Of a stretch of 64,000 nt of DNA, positions 13,682 to 28,485 are shown in pieces. A program made the position numbers and the translations under genes. Each line of letters begins with the position of its first letter. The stretch's first letter is position 1. The stretch lies in the NCBI RefSeq assembly GCF_009914755.1, contig NC_060934.1; one strand, given 5' to 3'. Source of the stretch: the human T2T-CHM13v2.0 reference genome, Homo sapiens. Below the pieces are notes generated by a model that worked only from the letters and a program-made list of their open reading frames with translations, was not told where the DNA came from and made no database searches.

Positions 13682-14136
13682 TCACACTGTTTTCCACAAT
13701 GGTTGAACTAATTTACACTCCCACCAACAGTGTAGAAGTGTTCCTTTTTCTCCACGACCTCACAAGCATCTGTTATTTTTTGACTTTTTAGTAATAGCCA
13801 TTCTGACTGGTGTGAGATGGTATCTCATTGTGGTTTTGATTTGCATTTCTCTAATGATTAGTGATGTTGAGCTTTTTTCATATGCTTCTTGGCTGCATAT
13901 ATGTCTTCTTTTGAAAAGTGTTCATGCTTTTTGCCCACTTTTTAATAAGGTTATTTTTTTTCTTGTAAATTGGTTTAAGTTCCTTACAGATGCTGGATAC
14001 TAGACCTTTGTCAGATGCATAGTTTGCCAAACTTTTCTCCCATTCTGTAGGTTGTCTGTTTACTCTTTTGATGGTTTCTTTTGCTGTGCAGAAGCTCTTT
14101 AGTTTAATAAGATCCCGTTTGTCAGTTTTTGGTTTT
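13682..14136 (-). mobile_element. L1PA/L1PB ORF2 3' fragment
   Basis: Canonical antisense L1: ttccacaatggttgaactaatttacactcccaccaacagtgt...tgagatggtatctcattgtggttttgatttgcatttctc. Confidence 0.93.
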
Positions 14137-17100
14137 AAACAACTTTGATTTCATAAAAACTCTACACTTTTACTCTCCCCATTTTACATTTGTGGTGTCA
14201 CAATTTACATATTTTTATGTTATGTATCCCTTCACAAATTGTTATAGCTATTGTTATTTTTAATAATTTTGTCTTTTAACCTGCATACTAAAGATATACA
14301 TAATTTACATACCACCATCACAGTATTAGAGTATTCTGAATTTGACTATGTACTTAACATTTACCAGTAAGTTCTAAACTTTCATGTTGCTCATTAGCAT
14401 CCTTTTTTTTTCATTTTTCATACTACTGCCATCCCTAAAATCCCAGATATCTCAGGACAAGACATAGATTCATACAGAAGAGGTGGATTTCTGACTATAT
14501 TTACTGCCCCATCCACAAATTATACAAAGGGGCTTGCTTGAGATTATGCTTTTAAGCCTTCCTTGATATCAATCAGTTCTTCTTATAAATTAGTCAGAAA
14601 GTGTGGCACTTTTATTTTAAAAAAATGACTATCATATTCCCTGCAACTTTTAAAGAGATTTTAAAGTAGATTTGAAAATTCCTTTTCCAAGTTTTTAAGT
14701 AGAATCAGTTTTTCAATAGATAATACAAGTTATTTTCAGAAACAAAATCATACAATGACAGGTACATTTCTAAATCCTAAGTGTCTTTTGGAAGGCAGTT
14801 ATTTTCTCAATTACTGTTAAATGTCATCTTTACCTGAAGGGGGCAGATGAAGAGTGTTTTATATGTGTTTTGCTTTTATGTAACTATAAAGTAGATATCC
14901 TTGAGGATGATAGTCACATCCTCAAGAAGGTGAACAAATTATTGTGGCTTAAGGCTGAAGCTTAGGATGCGTAACGGAAAGTGAAATGAGAAGACTGACA
15001 ATAAATGGGCAAATGCTAGATGATGGAAGTCCTGTATCTTATGTCCATTATTTTGGTTTTCTTCCTATAAGAATGGAGCAGCCACAGATGCCACCGGGTC
15101 ATTGTGGGAGGAGCAAGGTAGCCTCCAGGATGGCCTGCAGCCCTAAGTGACACAGGGGACAATGGAATCCTTCACTGTGAGAGAGAACAATCACAGGAAC
15201 AAGAGCTGATATTGATGGAGCTCTCAGATGCTAGGCATTGTTCTAGGGCTCTCATGTGTGTCTTTTCATGTAATGCAACACCCTAAGCACACAGTCTCAT
15301 TATTAATCCTTTCCAGATGAAAATCTGAGCTCGAGGTCATATAAAAGCCAAGAGTCCAGCAAATCTGGGCTATGTTGACAACTTCAGTTGTGGACACGAA
15401 GAGTTAAAGTGCTGACCTGGCTCTGGACCGGCTGATTATAACTCAACTCTGGTCTCCTAATCCAAATTCTCTAGTTAAAGTCATCAAAAATGATTGCAGC
15501 GATCAGCGCTAGGTCTCAGAAAGGTCTAAAACCCTAATGTCATTGAACTGTGGCACTCCCACCCTCAGCACACAATTCTTTTAGTTTCTTAACCAATAAA
15601 TACAACTTATTGTTACAAAAGCTATATCTGTGCAATAAGAAAGCTAGAAAATAAGATAAGCAAAATTAAGAAAACAAAAGCACCATATTCCTACCACCCA
15701 GGGATTATTTCTGCTAAAACTATTTGAATGATTCGTTTAGATAATTTACATATATTTATATTTTAATATAAACAAGATAATACTTTGCAACTTATTTTGT
15801 AACGTGATTTTCTATATTAATGAGCTTTAGCTTTAAAGTTAAATACATTTTTATGTTATAATCTACCCATATTTGAAATCTTCATTGTCTTCAAAGCACC
15901 CTTCAGAACCAGTCTGTCCAAACTAGAGTCAAATCTAGGCCCACATCTTGAATCTAGTTGTATTGCCTCCAAGTTTTTTCCTAATCAATCACCATCCCTA
16001 ATGTTTTTTCATTACACACTGACTTGTTGGATGGGCTGGACCAATGACCCCACAGAATCCTCCACCTTCTTCGTTTGTCTGCGTGCTTTCTGGTACTGTT
16101 ATTTGACTTTCCCTCATGCCCTCTGCTTTCCATAAACAGAAGTTAGATTTGAAAGTTTGCTGGATTCACATTGAGCATTTTCGTAGAATATGTCACAGGT
16201 GGTGGTTTGCATTTTATTGTGTGTCACAGCAGGAGACATGATATTTAATGGTTGCACCATAAGTGACGTTAAACTTGACCACTGGATTTCGGTGATGAAA
16301 ACCTAGTCCCTCTATTGTACACTTACATTTCTCACCTGTGACTAGCAAGAAAGCTTTGGCACTACTTTGGTACTCTGCAAATGTCTGATTGCCCATTCAT
16401 CTTTTTAAGTTGAATTCCAACTTAAAGTTGCTTCCAACACTAGTTGATAATTCTTGCCTGGGTCAATAATTTCATTAGGGATTGACAATGATTATCATAG
16501 CATTCAGTTTTTTATCTCTCTTCATAGATGATATTCTCTTATAAAACCCCACTAGATGAAATGGTGTTTTTTGGTTGTCCTGAAATATAGTCTTACTGGA
16601 AAAGCAGGATAAGTGTTAAAGTTTTCCCATTAGACATATATTTTTAGAATAAGGAGCTTAATTAATAACTGCCTCAAATGTGTATGTGGGGGGGGGGGCT
16701 TTCTCCTTTTTGAATATCATTATTCAGTTATGGATTTTCATTGTTTCCATCTAAGAAAAATCACAGAGTTTATTGGCTTTGTAAAACCTGCCACTTCATC
16801 CTGACAACATTTTGGATCTAAGAAGTTATAAGTTGAACAACTCAGCATCAGTTGTTTTTACACTGAAGTGTTATTTAAAAGAAGCAGATACAGTCAACTT
16901 CACAATTTTATGAACACTTAAAAAAAATGAATTGACAAGAAGGTGAGAATGTCTTTTGTTACACATGATAAGCCACTCAGCCCAGAGAATGTCCTCGTCT
17001 AATGGCAGCATATAAGGCTCTGTCTATCGGCCTTGCATAATTAAAGATGAATTCACTCCTGAAATATGGGTTTATTAAGGCTGGAAAGGAAACACCATTT

Positions 17101-17344
17101 CAAAAACTGTTACCTATACCATCGTCAAGACAAGATGTCTCTATTTTGAGAATTTTTCTTTTTATTTAAAATGCAAATACTGAATTTTAGGTTTTACTTT
17201 TCTTAAAGATGAGTTGATAAATACCTAACTACTGGCTTACTTGCACACATAGCACATAGATTGGAAAAAGTATTATATTTGGTCATTATCCTCTAAAAGG
17301 ACGTTAAACACATGGAAAAAAATAATATCAATAAATGTATCTGA

Positions 17345-17482
17345 ACACACATGCTTATACACACATACACATCTATAGACATAAACACACACACACGCAC
17401 ACCATGCATCTCCACACACACACACACAGAAGCACACACACCCCATAACCACTCACTAACACACACGCAGATACACACACAC
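17345..17482. repeat. Degenerate (CA)n
   Basis: Read directly. Confidence 0.8.
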
Positions 17483-17506
17483 TCTGAAAAATATATTGCT
17501 AAATTG

Positions 17507-17597
17507 TAGCGTGACCAACTGTCTCAATGTTAGCACTGAAAATCATGTGTCCCAGTAAACCCTCCAGTGTTTGGCAACGTGGGACGGATGGTCCCTA
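17507..17597. mobile_element. MER81-like hAT-Blackjack MITE
   Basis: TIR-like ends tagcgtgaccaactgtc and gggacggatggtcccta. Confidence 0.6.
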
Positions 17598-18835
17598 CAA
17601 TTGGTCCCTAAAATTGCCAGATACGAAACCATACAGGATTCAACCAACAGATCTCTAATGAATCTTCCTGCTCTTGACCTAGACATTTAAACAGGCCTTT
17701 AATTCAGATATGAGCTGATATGTCAAAATGGCAGGAAAATAACTTTTTAAATACATAGGATGTGAGTTCTAAGAGTTAGCAGGAATGTACTAAAATTCTT
17801 TAAAACTCCCAGCATAAAAGGGCCCAAGAATCTCACTACCTAGTTTTTCTTCCAAAGAAGTAATATAGTTGCCAATACTTCTGAATATTTCAGCCAAAGT
17901 TTAGAAAATAAAATGGTATAAGGTACAATGTGCTTGGGTTGATTTTCACTGTGAAATTTTATTTATAGCAAATGCTATTTGTACAGAGACTATTCATTGA
18001 AAAGAGACCTTGAGAAGCCAATAGAATCTATCTTTCCACATTTAGTCAAGGCCATAATTAAGCCATCATGGAATTCTACCCAATATATTTAAAAATATCC
18101 CCAAAAGGGGAATATCATTCTTTGACAAAAGGTTAGAAATTGTTTTTACTTTTCTTTTCAGTATTTTAATTCTAGAAGCTGTAAACTTTTCTTCAAAGTT
18201 TACATTTTAAACTTGTAGTTACATTTGCGGCTGTCCTCCAAATACCTGAAGCATAGATTTGGATGTATTAACCAAGCAGGACTGCAAGTAGAGATTTTCT
18301 CTGGAGGGAAAAATACAATTTCTACTTTGTAATACAAGTTTTTATATTCTTGAAAAGATATGAAACTGACATATATGTAGTGGAAATAGTATTAAATAAT
18401 AACCTATTATTGCAGACCTGTAATAAAATTGATATCTCAATAAATAAAACTATTAGTTTTATTTATCAGAATTTAACAGACTCTGTAGGATCCCTAAGAG
18501 ATTCTACAGATATGGCATCTGATTGTTAGAATTTATCACTAGAATCTCTTTCTTCGTCTTCAGCTGAGGATCAGAGATGAGCCTAATCCTAGATGCTTCC
18601 TAGGAAAAAGAAGTGCTTTGAAATGAAAACATATTCTGTTTTCCCCCAACAGGAAAATAGGTGATGCTATGAGACCTATGTTTTAATTTTAGTCCTTTTT
18701 TTGTTTTGGTGCTTGGTGGGTAGTTTAGAAGTACAGAAACATTTTATTTAGGTGACTAGTATTTTTGAGATTGAAAGAGCTGAGAGAAGTTAAAGGGTAT
18801 TTGTTGCTTGATGTCAGTACAGAAGAATTGAAAAG

Positions 18836-18991
18836 CAGTATTCTCAAATATTCTCAAACTTTAACTTGCGTGCAATTCGCCTTGGGATCTTATTAAAACC
18901 AGATTCTGATACTGTGTGGCCAGAGATTCTGCATTCCTAACAAGCTCCTAGGTAGGGCTGATGGCCCAAGGACCACACTTTGAATAGCAAG
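18836..18991. mobile_element. MER5A-type hAT-Charlie element
   Basis: ttctcaaacttt...agattctgcattcctaacaagctcc...ggaccacactttga. Confidence 0.8.
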
Positions 18992-18994
18992 AGT

Positions 18995-19520
18995 GTACGG
19001 TGGTTTATATACAGAATGGAGTATTGTTCAGCCCTAAAAAAGAACCAGATCTTGCCATTTGCCACAACACGGATGGGCCTGGAGGATATTATGTTAAGTG
19101 AAATTCTCCAGGTACAGAAAGAAAAATATTGCATAATCTTACTTATATGTGGAATCTAAAAAAATTTCAAATTTACAGAGATGGAGCATACAACAATGGT
19201 TAGCAGGGGTCAGGGAGAGGAGAAGAAATGGGGACATGTGGGTCGGAGAATATAAAGTAGCAGATATGTAGCATAAACAAGTCTAGAGATCTAATGTACA
19301 AGATGAGGATTATAGGAAATACAATTCTACTGTATTTAAGATTTATGCTAAATGAGTAGATTTTAGCTGCTCCTGCCACAAAAACAAATAAAAAGGTGAA
19401 TAACTATGTGAGTTGATAGACATGTTTGTTAATTTGTTTCACTATATTAACCTTTTTACTCTGTATATGTATCCCATAACATCATATTGTATACCTTAAA
19501 TACACACAACATAATTTGTT
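18995..19520 (+). mobile_element. L1MA 3' end
   Basis: ttgccatttgccacaacacggatgggcctggaggatattatgttaagtgaaat...gagtagattttagctgctc. Confidence 0.88.
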
Positions 19521-19807
19521 TCTTTAGAAACCCTCAGCTATAGCTTAGTTTCGTCTTTCTCTTCTTAACTTAGAAAAACAAATAGAACCCAATGAGATAC
19601 ACTCATTATAGAGAGGGGTAAGGGCATGGACAGGGATTAGAAAAACTACCTCTATGGGATGATTTATTTGGTATAGAGAAATATTTGTATGACTAGTTAG
19701 GAAGCTATTTCTGTAGCACAGTGACTAGAACATGGATATAAATCTGAACACTATGTTGGTAGTTTAGCATACAATTGCTGAGTGTTTTAATTACAATTTT
19801 TTAATCC

Positions 19808-20092
19808 TTTATTTTTAGAGACAGAGTCTCACTCTCTCCCAGGCTGGAATGCAAGTGGTGCCATCATAGCTCACTGCAGCCTCGAACTCCTGGGCTCAAG
19901 GGATCCTCCTGCCTCAGCCTTCTGGGTGACTAGGAGTACAGGTGCACCCATCATCCCCAGCAAATTTTAAATTCTTTCTCTGTAGAGACAGGGTCTGTCT
20001 ATGTTGCCCAGGCTGGTGTCCAAGTCCTGGCCTCAAGCAATCCTCTGGCCTTGGCAGGAATTACAGAAATGAGCCACTGTGCCAAGCCCCTG
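19808..20092 (-). mobile_element. AluJ
   Basis: Antisense Alu with atcatagctcactgcagcctcgaactcctgggctcaag. Confidence 0.9.
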
Positions 20093-20429
20093 GTTATAAA
20101 TTTTTAATCCACATTTTACAACTAGATTTAGACTTATTTTAATCCTCTTTAATAAGGTTTAGTTTTCTCTATTTTATATCATGAAAATACCAAATAACTG
20201 TCTACGAAGATACTTCATATGCTGAAATTTGGTATTGCAAATATATAAACCAAATACCTTTTTGCATTTTGTACTTCAAGTTGACATTTAGATCTTTGAG
20301 ACAAGTCCCAATAGCCTTATTTCATGTAGTGCATACTTCAATTCACAGTCATTTATTAATCCAGCAAAAATTATGTACTTAGCAGTCCTCATTCATTTAC
20401 TATGCTTTTTGAAGTTTTGCCTGATCTGT

Positions 20430-20870
20430 TAAGATTGTTTGGCCATAACAGAAAAACTCCAAATCAACATAGTTTAAACAACATGGTTGCTCACTTTCTT
20501 CTCACGTTCAAGAAATCCACCTGACATTCCTACATGTCAAGGATCTAGTCGCTTTCTATTTTGTTGCTTCCCCAACGCAAGGCTTTCTGTCTTGAGAGCA
20601 TTATCTAGTCTAAAATGGCTGCCCGGGTTTCAGCCACTATGACCACATTCCAACCAGGAGAAAAGGAGAACGAACGGGAAATAGAAGTGCACGCTTCCTC
20701 GTTCCCACCACTTTTTAATGGCCTTTCCTAGGAGTTGCTCACACTACTTTTCCCATCTTATAGATCACAGTTAACCACTTGGCCACACCTAGCTGCAAGA
20801 AAGGCTGGGAAATGCAGTCTTTATTCCAGGTGGCCATGTTCCTATCTGCAAATAAAGGACACTATTACTA
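20430..20870 (-). mobile_element. Old MLT1 LTR
   Basis: tggccacacctagctgcaagaaaggctgggaaatgcagtcttt motif. Confidence 0.65.
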
Positions 20871-20877
20871 TAGAAGA

Positions 20878-21448
<571 letters not shown>

Positions 21449-21850
21449 ACCTCTGTCACATTTTTGGGGCCATTTTCTTCTCATCTTTCATCTTTGGCCA
21501 AGTTCAGCTAATTTATGAAATCCAGCAGCTTCTACAAAATGCTAAGAAGCAGGGCCTGCACAACAGTGGCATTTAGCCTGGTACAGGATGAAGGAGATCA
21601 TTTAAGCAAGTTACCAAGATGTTCCCACATATTGCTATCATTTTCGTTTTCTTTTTATCAAGATAAGATTTATAATTGTCCCACATGTGGGTCTTGTAAC
21701 AGTTAGGGCTTAATTGGTGCAAACGGAATCCATTCTAGCTAGTTCAATGAGGAAAAGATTGATTACGGGACATTAAATGACATGGAAAATCATTAGGAGC
21801 ATAAGAGCAGGAAGAAGGGAAGTGCTAAATTAGTAAACTCTGAGTAGATT

Positions 21851-22457
21851 TGGTATCAACCTGGTCCAGCTCCCTTCTGCCCAAACACACTAAATCAATC
21901 ACTGTGACACATGTTTTGCAAAAGAGAGTTTATTCACAAGGCAGCCAAACGAGGAGGTGGGAGAGCAGGTCTCAAATCCACCTCCTTGAAGATGAGGCTT
22001 AGGGATATTTATGGGTTAGAAAAGCAACGTGGTCTAAAGCGTGGGAAAAGGTGATTGGTAGTAGGGAAAATTGAAGTAATCAGTGATCTGCACAAGCGTA
22101 GTCAGGGTGCCTGGCATTTCATGGGACATATGTTCAGAAAATGGCATTATTAGCATGATCTATAGGTAGAGTTTTGGGTCCTCTCATGTCAAAATGTCAG
22201 CTCTTGGGCATTTGCACGGGCCCAGTTGAAGGGTGCTCTCAACAAGTTTGAACTGGATAGGAGCTGTCCCAAGTTCCTGAAAAACAACTGAAGTGACCAT
22301 TACCATGGTGACTTATAAGTGTTGTCGATAAGGTGGCCAGTGAAGGTGACATTGCAGCATTCAGCTCACGGCCTTCAGATTCATGGAAATAAAAGTGACC
22401 AAAAGCAAGAGGGTTGCTACATCTGGCAGACCTGATCAGGTTAACCCCTCAGTTCCA
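21851..22457 (-). mobile_element. ERV1 (MER4-group) solo LTR, subfamily uncertain
   Basis: Antisense LTR features: gtttattc poly(A) signal, caggtctcaaatccacctcc, gtgattgg; TG..CA ends. Confidence 0.7.
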
Positions 22458-22989
22458 GGTTTTCAGAAATGACTTCCTAAGTACATTGCAGAGCAGAAGT
22501 ACTGAAAGAGCTTCTGTCTCTTTCAGAGCTCCAGAGCACCACCCCACTGTGCCTCATTCAGGAAGTGCTGTGATCAAGAAACCACTACTGCTGCTGGTGC
22601 CAGGACTGTGATTCCCATCAACAGCACTGATGGCCTGCACCTCACCTCTGACACCCATGGGACTCTTGTATGTGGACACCAGAAAGTCTGCTAATTCTGG
22701 AACAAAAACCTGAAATGTCTCCATGAGATGGACTGCTGAAAGAAATAGAAAACCACAGAGGTGAGGCCTCCACCGTACTTCCAAATGCTGTATTGCACAT
22801 GGAATGCATTTGATTTGTCAGATCAATCACTTTCAGAATCCAAGCTGCAAAGGAGTTTTGGAAACACAGACCAGAGTTTTCCAGCCTCTGTCAGACGAGA
22901 AGGCTAAAAAAGATTGGAATGGATGATGGGCATTCATATTCACATAAATTCGACTTCTATATATGTGATGATGTCTTCTTTCTTTTTTA

Positions 22990-23292
22990 AGATTTATTTT
23001 ATTTTCTTGTAGAGACAAGATCTTGCTTTGTTGTCCAGGCTGTACCACAGTGGGGGGATCATGGCTCACTGTAGCCCCAAACACCTGGACCCAGGCAGTT
23101 TTCTCCTCTCAGCCTCCTGAGTAGCTAGAATTACAGGCACATACCACCATGTCCAGCCAATTTTTTTTTTTGGTGGAGATGGGGTCTTGCTATGTTGCCC
23201 AGGCTGGTCTTGAACTCCTGGGTTCAAGCAATCCTCCTGCCTCAGCCTCCCAAAGCACTAGGACTACAGGCATGAACCACCATGCCCAACCT
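22990..23292 (-). mobile_element. AluJ
   Basis: Antisense Alu with AluJ diagnostics. Confidence 0.9.
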
Positions 23293-24152
23293 CTTTTTTC
23301 TTGATTCTGACAAGTCAGTACATCACTCTGTTACCATCAATCTCCCTCAACTTGATCAAACCATGAAAGCACCAATTTTATATTCTCCGAAGTATACCTA
23401 AATTGTGCCATCTTAGATTTGAAATAGTCATTTTTATTATTAGATTGGTGCCTTAACACATGTTTTTCTTTTGAGCCAGGAAACTCTTCAAATAAAATCC
23501 CCCTTGGAAATATTACATACAAGTAAAGAAATACACAAATCACTGCTCTTGTTGGAGTGGGGGTCAGGTCTTGTGGCAGAAATCATTTGTACTTGCTGCG
23601 GATCCCAGGTGCTTCCTGAGGTTTCCTGGGATCCTTGGAAGTTAGACAGGGGCCATGTGATTGCATTCTGGCCAGTGGAGACTGCCACCTCCAAGCTGGC
23701 CCTAAAATCCTCCATGGACCCTCCATTTCTGCTTTCTTATTGCAGCAACAGCAGTCTTTAATATATAGTGGCGTCATACAATGGTGGCAGATGGGTTTAC
23801 CAGATGAAAGAGAAGGCTTTTTGGTCTGCACTGGTGTTTGTGGAGCAAGAAATAGCATTTGTGGTGTGAAGCCACTGAGATCATATGTGATCCCCACATA
23901 GCCTATTTCTCTTGCTAATATGAGCCTAGAGGTCCTGCCCAGTCACCATCTCCCATATCACAAACTCCAGCCTCTCTCTGCTTTGATTTTTTTCCCCTAC
24001 TTTCTACACACCTCCTAAGGCAACTCCGGACAACTATTTCTAGGGAAGAGTTTGTAAACCGTTGTGTTAGCCTTCTAAAATACCCTCTCTTCTGGTTTTG
24101 GAATATAGAAGACTGTATAAAAAATGAATATTCCAGTTACATGTAAATCCAG

Positions 24153-24472
24153 TGATATGGTTTGGCTCTGTGTTCCCACCCACATCTCATCTTGAATTGT
24201 AGCTCCCATAATTCCCACGTGTTGTGGGAGGGACCTGGTGGGAGATAATTGAATCATGGGGGTGGTTTCCTCCATACTGTTCTCATGGTTGTGGATAAGT
24301 CTTTCATTCTCTCTCTTGCCTGCCGCCACGTAAGATGTGCCTTTCGCCTTCCACCATGATTGTGAGGTCTCCCCAGCCATGTGGAACTGTGAGTCAATTC
24401 AACCTCTTTTTCTTTATAAATTATCCAGTCTCAGGTATGTCTTTATTTGCAGTGTGAGAACAGACTAATACA
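24153..24472 (+). mobile_element. THE1 solo LTR, internally deleted
   Basis: tgatatggtttggctctgtg...cagactaataca; 5-bp TSD tccag at 24148-24152 and 24473-24477. Confidence 0.93.
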
Positions 24473-25423
24473 TCCAGGAAGGACAGAAATTAATTCTGTC
24501 ATTGGGATGGTGAAGGAATGTGCTGATCGTCCATCACACTTCATGGAGAACACTATTGAATTTATGTTTCACAGATAGAACCTCCACTGCTCAGAAACAG
24601 CATGAAAACCATTGTTTTCAGAATTTTAAATTATTATATATAAAATCCAGTCTAATTTTCTGGAAAGAGCAATGTTTGCTAAAGTGATATAATTTGATAG
24701 AATTTGAATCTGACTTTTCCAAAGAAAAAATGTTAATCTAGGGACTAAGGGTGTTGACTAAAAGTCCAACTTCTGAAATAAAAATGACTACAGACACTAC
24801 ACTTAATCAGCTAGGAATAGAATATGTGATTAGCATATCAAAATTTATTTTGATAAATTATTTATTTATTTATTTGATAAAATAAAGTCACATTATTCAA
24901 ATAAATAGGAAGATGTATTAACTAGTCACAGAACATTTTATTTTATAAAAAACATGATCATCACACAGTGTAATAAACCCATCAGCCCATGAAAGGCAAT
25001 CTCAACAAAGGTCACGAAGTTCAGAAGGACTTCTTTGAGAAAAGATTAACAGCCTTTTTTGGGGGGAAATTTTGGCCACAGACTTTTGACACAGGTCTCC
25101 CAAGATTTGATGACTTTTTTGGCTCATCCAACATGAACACTATAATAATTGTAGGTATCTGATATCAAGGGCTTGATCTTCCTGATACATTGAGTATTGG
25201 ACAATGTTTCTGTCAACTTCTCTGGGGTCTGTGCTTGTTCATGCATGCCTCAAGGATCAGGAGCAAAAAGATGACAGGACTGAATGTATATTCTGTTTTT
25301 GCAAATTGAGCTTCTAATTCATTCAGGCCTTAGTGCAGAAGCCACCTTCTCAGGGAGATAGTCCCTGACCATCTTACCTAAAATAGCTGTGCCCCTCTTC
25401 CCCCATTGCTTTCCAGGCCTTCC

Positions 25424-25940
25424 TTCCTTCCTTCTTTCCTTCCATTTTCTCTTTCTCTCTTACTCTCTTCCCTCCTTCCCTCCCTCCCTTCTTCTCTCCC
25501 TCCTTCCTTTCTTTCTCTTTCTGTCTTTCCTTTCCTTCCCTCCCTCCTTCTCTCCTTCGTTTCCTCCTTCACTTCTCCCTTTCTCCTTCCTTCCCTCCTT
25601 CACTTCTCCCTTTCTCCTTCCTTCCCTCCCTCCCTCCTTCCCTCCCTTCTTCTTTCTTTCCTTCTTTCTTTTTTCTCTTTCTTTCTTCCTTCCTTCTTTC
25701 CTTCCTTCTTTTCCTTCCTTCCTTCCTTCCTCCCCGCCTTCCTTTTCTTCTTTCTTTCTTTTTCCTTCTTCTTTCTTTCTTTTTTCTTTCTTCTTTCTTT
25801 TCTCTTTCTTTCTTTCTTTCTCCCTCTTTCTCTCTCTTTCTTTCTCTCTCCCTTTTCCTTCCTTCCTTTTTTCCTTCCTTCCTTTGTTCCTTCCCTCCTT
25901 CCTTCCGTCCTTCTTTCCTTCTTTCCTTTTTCTTTCTTTC
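25424..25940. repeat. ~520-bp CT-rich tract (expanded Alu tail)
   Basis: (CCTT)n/(CTTT)n mosaic adjoining the 3' end of an antisense Alu. Confidence 0.93.
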
Positions 25941-26224
25941 TACAGGACCTTGCTCTGTTGCCCAAGCTGGAATTCAGTGGTGTGATCATAGATCACTGCA
26001 GCTTCCAACACCTGGGCTCAAGCGATCCTACCACCTCAGCCCCCACTCCCAATAGCTAGGACTACAGACATGCACCACTATGCCCAAAATTTTTAATTTT
26101 TTTTTATAGAAATGGAGTCTCTCTATGCAGCCCAGGCTGGTTTTGAACTCCAGGCCTCAAGCAATCCTCCCACCTCAGCCTCCCAAAGCACTGGGATTAC
26201 AGGCATGAACCACTGTGCCTGGCC
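25941..26224 (-). mobile_element. AluJ
   Basis: Antisense Alu; TSD-like aggccttcc at 25415-25423 and 26225-26233. Confidence 0.92.
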
Positions 26225-26434
26225 AGGCCTTCCCTTCTCTTAGTCTCTGCATACCGCTTACCTCTAATTGAAATTATGTTGTTTATGGTCTTTTTTTCTC
26301 TACTACCACGTAAGCTCAATGAAAGGACAGCTTTTGTTTAACACCACTGTATCTTTGGCAGATAAGCTATTGGCTGGTATATAGTGGGCACTCAGTATTT
26401 TCCAGGTTTCCCTTAGAGACTTACACTTGAAATA

Positions 26435-27200
26435 TCATCTGAGAGTCTCACTTCTTTCAGTTGTATTCCCCTGTGTGATACTGGAGCCCAACTGGTGTGA
26501 AGATAAGGAGTCGAGAGGGGAGGCTTCCTCTAGTCCTGTGGGGGAGGTCTCAGTCTTGAAATGAGCCTGTGCCCCTGGGCTGCGACTTTCACAAGTGCTT
26601 CTCATGTCCCCCACCACCACCACGCCGTGGTTAGACAGGAAGGTTAGATGGGGCTGGAGTTGGAGATTTCCTTTCCTCTACATCATTTGGGGTTTAGAAA
26701 AACCTCAGTAGGTTAGGCTCTCACAAAGTAGTTTCTCTTTGGGGTTGTCTTTGCTGTGTGTTATTTCACAATGGCTACTTTCCTCACACCCTGCTGGAAG
26801 CAGGAGGAGTTTTTTCTGAGATGTTAACTGTGAGAAACTTGAGTGCTCTTAGAGGTAAAATTCCTGAAAGTGCTCCCCATTCCTTCTAAGACCAGGTCCC
26901 CAGGAGTTTTTAATTCTCAAACTTGTCCAGACTGAGCCTCCAGCAATTTGTCAATTATACTTAGGCTTTCCTACCCTGGTTCTGGTGCCCAGGGAGGTTT
27001 CTGCTTGAATTTCCTCCCTCGTGTGATGGAATTCTCTGTATCCACCTGTCTATCTCTCCAATTTTGAGGGCAGTGTTTTTGCCTTGTGATCTCAGTTCTA
27101 TGATGGATCTAAGAAGAGTTGCTGGTTTTCAGTTTGTGGAGCTTATTTTCCCAAGAGAGATGACATCCGAGCTCTGAATATGCTGGACTAGAAGTTGAAA
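26435..27200 (-). mobile_element. Old L1M 5'-region fragment
   Basis: Motifs tctccaattttgagggcagtg...gccttgtgatctcagttctatgatggatctaagaagagttg. Confidence 0.6.
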
Positions 27201-27501
27201 TTTTTTCAGTGTTTTTTATAAGTAAGTGAATGACTGCTATAACATAGTGCATCTACCAGTTTGTTTGCTCTAGTTGCTCTAGCAACTCTTGTTTGCTCTA
27301 GTTTTGACCATCTCAACTTTAATCACAACATAACTGTACAGAAAGAGATTAATTTTCCTATCAGTGAATAGTAATTTCCAAACATGACCTCCAATGATTT
27401 TTTTACTGTAAAAGATTTTATTTTTGCACAATACAGAGAAGAGTATATATGTTATATTGTCCATTAGTCAATAACTGCTTAAATTGAAAGCAACATTTTC
27501 T

Positions 27502-28463
27502 TTTTTAAAAAAATTATTTTAGATTCGGGAGGCACACATGCAGGTTTGCTACCTGTGTATATTGAGTAATGGTGAAGTTTGAGCCCAGATCTCACTATTA
27601 TTAGTGTCTATGGTTTCCATTTTTTATGTCCATGTGTACACATCATTGAGCTTCCACTTGTAAGTGAAAACACGCATTATTTGATTTTCTGTTTCTGAGT
27701 TATTTCATTTAGGATAATGACCTCCTGCTTCATCCATGTTGTAGCAAAAGACATGATTTTATTCTCTTTTTATGGCTGTATACTATTCCATGGTGTATAT
27801 ATACATTTTCTTTATCTAGTCATCCATTGATGAGCACTTAGGTTGATTTCATGCCTTTGCTATTGTAAATGGTGTTGTAATAAGTATATGAGTGCAGAAG
27901 TCTTTTTAATATAATCGTCTCTTTTCCTTTGGGTAGATATACAGTAGTGGGATTGCAGGGTTGAGTGGTAGCTCTATTTTTAGTTCTTTGAGGAATCTCC
28001 ATGCCATTTTATATAGAGGCTGTACTAGTTTACATTTCTCCTAATTGCAAATTGTGAATGCAATTTCTCTGCATCTACACCAACATCTGTTGTTTTTTGA
28101 CTTTTTAATTATAGCCATTCTGACTGGTATTAGATAGTATCTCGTGGTTTTAATTTGCATTTCTCTGATGATTAGTGGATGTTGATCAAGTTTTCAATTG
28201 TTTGTTGGCTGCTTGCATATCTTCTTTTGAGAAATGTCTGTTGATGGTTTTTTGCCCCCTTTTTAATGGGGTTATTTGTTGTTGTTGAGTGGTTTGAGTG
28301 TCTTGTAGATTCTGGATATTAGTGTTTTTTTGCAGAGGCATAATTTGCAAATATTTTCTCCCATTCTACAGGTTTTCTGTTTACTCTGTGGATTATTTAT
28401 GTGGCTTTGCAGAAGCATTTTTAGTTTAGTTAAGTCCCACTTGAGTATTTTTGGTTTTGTCGC
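27502..28463 (-). mobile_element. 5'-truncated L1PB/L1MA element
   Basis: Antisense L1 3' end; 19-bp TSD attgaaagcaacattttct at 27483-27501 and 28464-28482. Confidence 0.93.
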
Positions 28464-28485
28464 ATTGAAAGCAACATTTTCTAGG

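Noticed and set aside
14900-14926. 10-bp stem hairpin cttgaggatg/catcctcaag
   Set aside because: Too short for a pre-miRNA and within chance expectation.
25378-26059. ORFs of 129-217 aa
   Set aside because: Translations of the CT tract plus AluJ.
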